Source: Leptospirales bacterium
GTDB lineage: Bacteria; Spirochaetota; Leptospiria; Turneriellales; JAOUFE01
Reading direction: 5' to 3'
Length of the DNA stretch: 64,000 nt
Assembly (NCBI GenBank): GCA_040326155.1
Contig: JBEQLE010000016.1
Coordinates: 1-64,000 of the forward strand
This document shows, piece after piece, positions 38,186-47,600 of the stretch. Position 1 is the first letter of the stretch, and the number at the start of each line of letters is the position of its first letter. The notes under the pieces were generated by a model. It worked only from the letters and a program-made list of their open reading frames with translations. It did no database searches and was not told the DNA's origin. The translations under genes and the position numbers were made by a program.

Positions 38186-39253
38186 ATGCAAGCAAAAATT
38201 TCACTGATCATGATGAAAATCTCCCTGTCGATATTAGGATTGACTTTCATCACCAAAATCATGGCAAATACATATAAGGTTCCGCTGGCAATTGAGTTAG
38301 CAGAACTGTTTTCGGTTAGCAGTATGCTCTTGTTTGTAATCTGTATATTTTTCCTTTTACCGTTCTATATAATAAAAAAACAAGAGCAACAAATTATAAA
38401 TGCAGAAGCAGGCGAATACGTGGCACCGACAATAAAGCTCGAAAAACCGACTAAAAAAAATGTGTATAGCCAGATCAAAACTGTGATTTTTTACCTCATT
38501 ATTACCGGAGTCGGTATTATGTTTATATTAGACACATTTATGTCTACTAAGAATATGGAAAAATTCTACATAAACCTGATCATCGGCGTATTGGTACTTC
38601 TCGTGCCAATATACTTTTTTATGAACATTCTGGAAATGTGGCAAAAAAACAGAGCCATTAAAAAGGAACGTTCACAAAGTAACGGCGCGAATATTTCCAA
38701 ATATGGAGCTTCTAGTAAAACAGGTATTTATATCTTGATAGGGGTTGTGTACATTATATCAATACTCGCAGCTAATAAAATTTTTGCCGAAAGTAAAAGG
38801 CAGACTTTAATCGCCCAGGCCGAAAATATCATTAATACCCAACAAAAAAGTATCGATACAATTGCAAAAAACCTGCCCTGCGAGAAATTAGAGGAAGGAA
38901 ATTTTAAAAACGTCAAGACACAATTGACCTATTTGTCGCTGGTAAGCGAGTCGTTCAACAACATCGCTATCGTGTATGCTACCTGTAACAACGGAAGACA
39001 AGAGTATTATGAATACAACCCACCCTCTGCTCCGGAGGCTTCGTCCAACATCAGTGCTGGCGTATCAAGCGAACCGCTTAGAGGGGACCAAAGCAAGTGC
39101 GATTTTATAAAAGATGTATTCGACAAAGAAGCAAATGAAAAAGTAAAATTGCCTATGCTGTATTATCAGTACAATCCACAAATGAATAAGAAAGAAGCGA
39201 GACTATTTTATCCCATCATTCGGGATGATACGTCGTTTGTATTATTGTTTTGA
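38186..39253 (+). CDS. Hypothetical membrane protein (about five TM helices plus a C-terminal extracytoplasmic domain)
   Basis: 355-aa ORF with a clear hydrophobic-segment pattern. Confidence 0.7.
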   Translation: MQAKISLIMMKISLSILGLTFITKIMANTYKVPLAIELAELFSVSSMLLFVICIFFLLPFYIIKKQEQQIINAEAGEYVAPTIKLEKPTKKNVYSQIKTVIFYLIITGVGIMFILDTFMSTKNMEKFYINLIIGVLVLLVPIYFFMNILEMWQKNRAIKKERSQSNGANISKYGASSKTGIYILIGVVYIISILAANKIFAESKRQTLIAQAENIINTQQKSIDTIAKNLPCEKLEEGNFKNVKTQLTYLSLVSESFNNIAIVYATCNNGRQEYYEYNPPSAPEASSNISAGVSSEPLRGDQSKCDFIKDVFDKEANEKVKLPMLYYQYNPQMNKKEARLFYPIIRDDTSFVLLF

Positions 39254-39352
39254 AATCGACAAAATCATAGTAATGCACCTTATTTCAAACTCTTTTCAAA
39301 CGATCCGTGAGTTTATAATAATTCAAAATTATTTTCAGGGCTACGCAATCGA

Positions 39353-39586
39353 CCGGAAGGTGTTGATCTGACCACATCAAAAGAATTACCGAGACTCGTT
39401 GCCCAGGGTAGAACTGAAACAGAAATCCTGGAAATTGCGCGAGACGTCGCAAGAAAACTTATTGAAGCAGGCAGCTCGAAACAACATTCCGCACAATCTT
39501 GCGGCAAGCCCTGGCGATATCTTTTTGTACCGCATGACACCGTACAAGAAAACATGACACTAAAAAACTTCGAGACGAATGTATAA
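39353..39586 (+). pseudogene. HicB-like antitoxin remnant
   Basis: PEGVDLTTSKELPRLVAQGRTETEILEIARDVARKLIEA; no in-frame start after the stop at 39308 and no hicA seen. Confidence 0.75.
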
Positions 39587-39676
39587 CAATAAAACGTCAG
39601 GGGTAGCGGCGGCTCTTTCAGTTGAAAAGCCAAAGCGAGGGGCAGGCTTGCCCCTTTTAAATGATCTGTTTTTCGT

Positions 39677-40045
39677 TTATTGCTGAATTAACCAGCTGAC
39701 TCGATCATACGACACGAGGTAGTGAACAACCACGACCACGCCGAAAATAAAGCCAGGCGTCGGGTATCCTGACTGGTAAAGCATCCAGGTTCCTATCGTA
39801 AAAAATGCCAACTCCAGAGTCAGCCGCACCATACCCGGCACAGGCACGGGCGCTTTTCCCGAACGGCTCGGGTCATCGGGTACGGCAAATGTCCCCCACA
39901 TAACGGCAAAGATCAGCGGAACGCCTAACGCGAGAACGAATCGAAACCAGCCATCCGTCTGACGCCAGCCCCAGGCGCCCATTGCCACTAGAGCCGATAA
40001 TTCAAGCAGAAATCGAACGGCGAGATTAATTGGATGTGAACCCAT
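39677..40045 (-). CDS. YrdB (DUF2568) family membrane protein
   Basis: NLAVRFLLEL...WG...P......WGTF..P...RLTLELAFF. Confidence 0.85.
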   Translation of the reverse strand: MGSHPINLAVRFLLELSALVAMGAWGWRQTDGWFRFVLALGVPLIFAVMWGTFAVPDDPSRSGKAPVPVPGMVRLTLELAFFTIGTWMLYQSGYPTPGFIFGVVVVVHYLVSYDRVSWLIQQ

Positions 40046-40099
40046 AGCATCTCCTTAAAATTTGAATCAGTCTCACTATGCGAAATCTGTATAATCAGT

Positions 40100-41230
40100 T
40101 CAAAATGTCAAATCTTTACCTGGTTTTTTTCTATTTCGCCAGCTCTTGGGGGTATAGCCTGTCATATTTTTGAAAGTACTGTAAAAAGAAGAGTTAGAAT
40201 TAAAGCCCGCCTGGAAACAAATTTCGATAATGGGTTTATCCGGTTCTTCGTCAAGCAAACGTTTGGTCTCTTCAATACGTTGTATATTAATAAAGTCTAA
40301 AAAATGGATTTGCATATGTAGGTTAAAATACTCGGAGAGTTGATGAACGGACAGGTTTAACTCGTCCGCAAACTTCGGTAAACTCAAATCCTCTTCCATA
40401 TAAATTTTGCGTTCTTCGATTAAGTGTTTTATTTTATTTTCCAACTCTTTTAAATTAATCCCTTTGAGGTATTTTCGATAAAAACCGTCCAACTTAAATG
40501 TTTTGGCTTCGAACAGTACTGACCCGGCTTTAATATAATAGGGCCAGACTTGCCAGAAGTGAAAAAATATTATAGCGCTTCCATAGAGCAACAATGGATT
40601 CCATGCAGATTGCCTTATACCATAAGTGCCGTTCCAGGCATATTCGGCGCTCAGAACCATGCAAAAAAGCGCCCAAGCCACGACTACCGTAAAACCTGAT
40701 TTTATAGTGTTCTTTTTCGGTCCGGTCACCTTTCTCCAATCAAATGTTCTGCGAAAAAGAAAAATTCCGACAGGGAATAGAGACGCGATATACCCTGTGT
40801 GCAGTATTTGACTTAATAAGCCGGGAAAATAAAACGGGTGTCCTCCGGCAACGGCAGTTTCAACCAACTCTTGGTGCCAGACATCACTCAAAAAACAGTA
40901 ATCTAAGTACAAAACAATTTGCAAGATTGGAATAATTAAAACAAGGTTCTTCCAACTTTTCCAATTCACAGAGACGTTGCCCAGGTAAGGCAAATAGTAA
41001 AAATATGCAGTTATGCTGAAACTGTGCATCATCGGTTCGATTCCGAGCATCCGAGGATACATACTGATATCTTCCGTATAAAACAGCCCAAACTTTAAAG
41101 AAAGAAAACCATTAGATACCATAAGAAGTGCCAGTCCTAAGAACTTGCGTTCTTTTATACGCCAAAAGTTAGTTAAACTATTCAAGAAAAATAAAAAACT
41201 TATAAAATATAATGTTGTTCCGAAATTCAC
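40100..41230 (-). CDS. AraC-family regulator with an N-terminal multi-pass membrane sensor
   Basis: About seven hydrophobic helices; EDLSLPKFADELNLSVHQLSEYFN, RIEE.K, GFNSNSSFYSTFKNMTGYTP. Confidence 0.93.
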   Translation of the reverse strand: MNFGTTLYFISFLFFLNSLTNFWRIKERKFLGLALLMVSNGFLSLKFGLFYTEDISMYPRMLGIEPMMHSFSITAYFYYLPYLGNVSVNWKSWKNLVLIIPILQIVLYLDYCFLSDVWHQELVETAVAGGHPFYFPGLLSQILHTGYIASLFPVGIFLFRRTFDWRKVTGPKKNTIKSGFTVVVAWALFCMVLSAEYAWNGTYGIRQSAWNPLLLYGSAIIFFHFWQVWPYYIKAGSVLFEAKTFKLDGFYRKYLKGINLKELENKIKHLIEERKIYMEEDLSLPKFADELNLSVHQLSEYFNLHMQIHFLDFINIQRIEETKRLLDEEPDKPIIEICFQAGFNSNSSFYSTFKNMTGYTPKSWRNRKKPGKDLTF

Positions 41231-41450
41231 GATTGACGACTCCAGGAAAATTTAATTTTCCATATCAAATTTTCAGCTCATGTTTAGAATAGGTAGAACC
41301 CACCACGATGGGATTAGGATACATCAGGTGAAGATTTTTTAACAAAAAATATGTAAGAACGCACGGATCCTTGGACAATTCAGCTTTACATAGGCTGTGA
41401 CTTGCACGACTTATGCAGCATCAAAGATGTTTGCTGCTGAGTTATCCTCG

Positions 41451-41657
41451 GCGGTGCATTGAAAAAATAGAGGTCGCTTTCTTGCTGGAATGTCTCGCCA
41501 TACGGTAAATGCTCGGTACGGCTACGGAGGCTCCGGTATCGTCAGTTACAATTTTAACCGAATCGACATGGTTGGCCAGATAGTAGGCCGCCGTCCCATT
41601 GGAATCCATCGATGCGATTCGCACACCGTTCAGGTGTACATTATTTATGGCAATATC
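41451..41657 (-). pseudogene. Orphan RHS-core fragment
   Basis: NGVRIASMDSNGTAAYYLANHVDSVKIVTDDTGASV / EHLPYGETF / SDLYFFNA duplicates ~42435-42690 with a frameshift and an internal deletion. Confidence 0.9.
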
Positions 41658-41678
41658 AGAAAATGTGAAGGGGGTAGG

Positions 41679-44600
41679 CTACTCACTAACGGTGTTAGCC
41701 CCGAAATCATTCGCTTTAAAGATATTGATGATCCGATTTTTGAGTAAACTCTTATTTAATGAATACCAAGAATCGGGTATCCCAACGTCCGTTGTAGGTA
41801 CCTTGCCAGCCATATTAATGATCTCTTGCACATAGTCTTTACAGTTAAATTTTACAAGATCATAGTTTTTCATTTTGTTTTTTGCAAGATGTCGCATGTA
41901 ATCATCCTGGCCTGATGTTGTTTCAAATTCCATTCCTTCATTATATCTGGCAGTTGCACCGTCGTCTTCATTATGATATGTAAATGTTTTTAGTCGTTCA
42001 TAAATCTCCTGTTGTTGTTTAGTTAATGTACCTTTTTCTTTTAACGTTTGTTCAAGATTATTTCTGCGTTCTACAGACTTGGCTTGGTATTCAAAAAAGT
42101 GTTCCGGGCTTTCAAAGGCAATTCCGGAATAATTTTTATCTGTCCCCTCGCTACTTCCGGAAGGTACTCCGCTACCAGTTTTTGGACCATCTACAATTTC
42201 ATGAGAATAATATATCCATTGTCCATTGGTACGATCCTGTACTAACATAGCAATATGTCCCATATAGCCAGCCCCATCGTCAGCATGTAAAACAACTACA
42301 TTATGCCCAGTCGGATCCTTGTACGAAATCGGATTTCCACCCACGTACATATACCGGTTCCACCCTTTAGTCGTTTCCGGCCCGTCGGTTACCGTATCGG
42401 CCGTAACAAACCGTGCGATCTCGGGATCGTAATGCCGTGCGTTGAAAAAATAGAGGTCGCTCTCTTCGTCCAGCGCTTGCCCGTTATATTTTGCCGCAAA
42501 ACGTATCGGACCGGTCTGGGCGAACGTCTCACCATACGGTAAATACTCGGTACGGCTCACGGAGGCTCCGGTATCGTCAGTTACGATTTTAACCGAGTCG
42601 ACATGGTTGGCTAGATAATAAGCCGCCTCTCCATTTGATTTCATCGAAGCGATTCGAACTCCGTTTAAGTAAATGTTATTAATGGCTATATCGGTTCCGG
42701 GAACATCGTATCCGTCCAATGTCTGTAGTTTTTCGGTTACAAAATACTGGCTGTGCGTCGACATCACAACTTTACGATCTTCCCCGCCGATATACTTATC
42801 GACCATTTTACGTACCCGTACTCCCTGATCGTCAAACTTGTATTTACCCATCACTTTGCCGGTCTGATCTTTTACTTTAGTAATGCGATTGGAGTGGTCA
42901 TAGACCATGGTTTTTGTAAGACTTTTTTGCGAGTCAGTTTTTGTTGTCGTATTGCCATTAGCGTCATACGTAAAATTGAAACGCTGCCCGCCCGTGTTAG
43001 TTGTGTTTATAGATTGAACTCTATGGTTTGAATAAGTGTAACTCCACCCGTCGGTGACCGCCTGAGTTTCGGGATCTAATATATTTTTTTGGGTTAAATT
43101 TCCATTTTTGGCATATGCATAAGTTCTATTATACTTTTGGTTGCCAATGTCTAGTGGATCTGAATTTACAAAACCAGTTTCGCCATAGCTCCCTTTGGCT
43201 TCAACCAGACGGTTGAGCCCATCGTAGGTATATTCATAGCGCGATTCAAACGCTGGCACAATGGCCCCGCCGGCATCTTCGGCGGTCGGATTATTCACCA
43301 CATTTGCAATGGAACTATTGACATTGTATGTATATTGTATATCCTGATGTTTTACACTTTTCCCGTTTACTGTCGCAGAGGTAATCAAGCGGGTCGCCCG
43401 TCCGCGTATATCGTAGGTGTACGCAGTAGAAATCCCGTTACCCATATCGACTTTCGTCACTGCCCCGAACTCGTCGTATTCCATCGTTGAAATAATTGTT
43501 TTATCGATAGAGTTACAATCATTCGAAAAACTTACATCAACGCTTGAGGCAAGACCAAAACTATTGTAACCGTAGCAAACTGTCGTTTGCTGCCCCGTAG
43601 CCGTATCAGTCGGATAAACAATTTTTTCAGTTCTTCCGGCAAGGTCGTATACAAATTTCGTCGTGACTGCCGGGTCATAACCTGTTTCATTGGTAGTCAC
43701 GGTTACAAGTTGGCGACTCTCACTTTTTCGTTGACCCCGTTTATTATAGCTGAATATTTTTCGTTGAGCCGCATCAACCATTGCAACAAGCTGCCCTTTG
43801 GCGTTTGATGAACCTGTCAAAGTGTCGTACGCATATGTAACAGTTGAGCCGCCCGGTAATGTTTTGGTGGTTATCCGCCCAAGCAGATCATAAGCAAATT
43901 GAAATGTCTGCCCTTTGGCATCTTGTGTTAAGGTCATCTGCCCGAAGGCATTGTATTCAGTCGTACTCTTTCCAAAGTCCGGATCGTTTGCTTCACGTAC
44001 TTGTCCATATGCATCAAATAATGTATAACTCGCATTATTTCCAGAGCTGTCCTTTGCCGATGGAACGGTTTGGATACTAAATTCAGACGGGCAATTTATA
44101 CTGCTCCCGTTTAAATCTTGCCGATAGGTCGGAGCTTTATTTACTCCGTCATAACAAAAACCCATTTGCGTGGTCACAGTTGCATCGTTTATATTAAACT
44201 CTTTTACATAAAGAAGCTGTTGTCGTCTGTTTTTAGTCAAGGTTTTCGACTGCCCATTGGAATGCGTCGACGTACTTTCATAAGGATCGTTGTAGGAAAT
44301 GGTAACCGAAGTTTCCGGCTCGCCCACATAGGCCGGAGGTGATATTACTTTTTTAACGCGCCCTGATGCATCATACTCGGTTTTCGTAGGATTTTTTTCT
44401 GTCGCATATTCCACAAAAATGTCGATCTCCCTATCCGGAGCCCAGGAGGGCTGACTTTTTCGAATGACCCGCCCGAGGGCGTCATACACGGTGTAACCGG
44501 TCCTGATAAACTGCTTACCTGCCACTCCGTCAAGAGCGCTTTGCACAGTCTGCACATGTCGCCCGACCCCGTCTTTCCACATTCTGCTCTGAATGCTGGT

Positions 44601-47600
44601 CGAATTTCCGGTATAATGCGTAGTTTTAGCGCTTAACGGAAACTCCCCCGCCTCGAAAAAGGCCGCTGGTAACGAGTACTCATTATCGGTAACGGTTTGC
44701 ACTCCGCTGTCTGTATCACTTTTTATACGGATAACTCGCCCATACGAATCAACCTCAAAATATTTAGAATTTCCATTGGGATCGGTCGATTGAAGCGGTT
44801 TACCAAAACCGGAACCGTCAAAAATATAGGTCACCGTAGAATCAAGATTCATGGAACCTGTATTCTGTCGTGACAATATGGGAAACTGATGATACGAAGT
44901 ATCAAATTGTGTCTCGGTACGTATAGCGGGATTCTGGCTTGCATCTTCCCAGGCCGTCACGTTCCCGTATACATCGTATTCCATTTTTACAAGTTTATCC
45001 GAAACCGTTGGCAATCCTGTTCCTGTGTTACTTGTACTTTGTTCAATCGGGTTTCCTGCTGCATCATATGTAATCGATGTGGTCAACTCAAACGGAGTCG
45101 CTACATTTATAACTTGAGAAGTCGGCCGTTGTTGATTTGTTGCGAGCACATATTCAAAGTTAGAAAGGGAAGTTATGGTAGAAGTCGCGTGAGCCGAATC
45201 GGTGTAGTGGTCCGTGGAACTTTCTGTGCTCTGTATTAATCTATATTCCGACAAAGAGAACTGGATATTTTTTGTTCCGGTATTGGTAAGTGTCCCGCGA
45301 ATATATTTTCTCGTCTCAGATGGGTAAACCAGGTAGCTGGTAATACCAGGGGACGGTTGAATTTCGTGTACAAGGTAATCGGTCTGAGTTTTGGAATACT
45401 CTTTCGAGTCATATCCAACAAAGCGGGTCTCTTTCAAGGCTCCGCCGAGTGCCCGGTTTAACAAGAAGTTTGCATATGGGGTTGTGTTATAGGTATTGAT
45501 CGTTTTAGAACCTGTCGGGTCGGTGGTTATAAAAGTGGAAAATCCGAATGCGTCCGACTCTTTTCGACCGTTAATATAAGCGACCCAGGAAAAGCCGTCT
45601 TTATATTCATACTTATTGTATAAAATCTTACCGAGTCCGTCATTTATGGTTTGTTTTATGCAAACTTTATAGTTCATAGGCAGGTCAGGAATATTATCGA
45701 TACCGGTATTATCGAAACTTGTCGAGTTGGCGTAATCAAACTTGTAAAATCCTCCAATCCCATTTTCTACTTTTTGGATCATATCAGGTACAGTACCCTG
45801 GGTCATGGCAAAATACCACTGGCTCTCTTTTAAATGAAAAATACCAATATCAGTTTTAGAGTCGCCGTTGTAATCACCTTGAATCCATTGAAAAGGGTAA
45901 ACTTTTGTATATAGATCAGAACGAGGCATTTCATATACGGGATAATTTGCTGCGGTTAAATCGTGAACCTCTAAACTATAACTTAATCCACTTGCCCCGA
46001 AGGCCATAAACTTTGGCCCGGTTTCGGTAGATATAATCGGCTTATTTTCATGGTTGAACTCCCAGCGAAAATTAGAACCTTTTGGTAACGCAGAATAATC
46101 TACAAGCGCAATTGTATTTTGAACGGAATCGACTTCAAGACGATGAAAAGTAATTACACCGCTTCCTGTAGTGTAATACAGAAGTTCGCTTGCGCCCATG
46201 GAAACTCCGGCCCCGGTTAAATTTATGGTCCGTTTTAGTTCTTCATACGACACCTCAGATCCGACATCGGGTATAGACACGGTTCCGGTTAAAGCCTGTA
46301 TGGAGGCCGTGTTTAAAAGTAGATTGGAATTCAACAAATACCAGTTTTGAGGACTCAGACGCATATCTACAAACAAAAGTTCCGTTGTGGCTGCGTCGGT
46401 GTCGAAATCGCCGCTGAAAAATTGAAAATAATTTCGGGTATCACGATCATCACCGGTGTCTTGCGCGCGAAATAGATTCTTTAAATCAGGAAATTCCGGA
46501 ATACCAGTCGCGGCCACAGTAAGAGCCGTTTCTGTTTCATTGGAATATAAAAACAAATTGCCGCTGTTTTGATCATCTAAAACCATCACATCGGCGGCGC
46601 CGTCCAAATTAAAATCATTAATTAAGTATAAACTTTTTTGGATATCAAAATTCGTAACTGACCCGTTGGTTATTGCAATCGAAGCAAACAAGGTTTTTAC
46701 AACCGCAGAACCATTGTGGTAAATTCTGTAAAAATTATGTGAGGCAGCACCGAGCTCATAAATGATAATTTCATGCAACGATGTAACTGCATTTAAATAT
46801 GGTTTTTGCTGTGTAATAAACTTATTCGGTTCTTTGTTATAATCAAAAAGCACGCCGGTATCGACAACATTTGCGTTACCTTGTTTTATGGAAAACTTTT
46901 TAGAAAACTTATCGTAAATCAACAACTCAGGGTCGGTGGTACATGGTCCGATAAAACAACCGGTAAATACGATTTCGCCATGGTCTTTGTCTGAGTTACC
47001 GTCATACTCATACGTTAATTGACGGGTAACCCCGGCTTGCGCCAGTAGAATTTCAGCTTTTCTTAATTCGATATCTTCTTCGGGGGTCGGAGTAGCCAGC
47101 ACACGTGCAGGGTCCGGTCCACCGTCACTTAAATTTCCATAGATACGGTAGCGAAAACCGTCAGGTGTCGCCTCGCCTATCCAAAAGTTGTTATCGGTTT
47201 GCGAATAAAACCCGATGTCAGTTCTGCCGTCACCGTTAAAATCGCCTTGCAACCAGCGTGTAATATCGCGTTGTTCAGGTATGGCCGACCAGATTACAAA
47301 GTTAATCGTGGCGTTTCCAAAAATATCGTTTTTGACTTCGCCTAAAATCCATTCGAGTTTGTCCCTGTCGAAAAGTAAAAAGTCTGAATAACCGTCTGCG
47401 TTAAAATCTCCGGAAAAACGCTGGTGAGAAAACAGGGTGCGCCCCGGGGCGTTAAAGGTCTGGTAAAGTCTCCATTGTAAACGAAATCCAAGCGCATCAT
47501 CACGTAAATTTTCTGCCACCCACCACTTGCCGTCTCTGGCGTCGTACATAGCTATATCAGATCTACCGTCTCCGTTGTAATCTCCGCCTAACCAGTGAAT

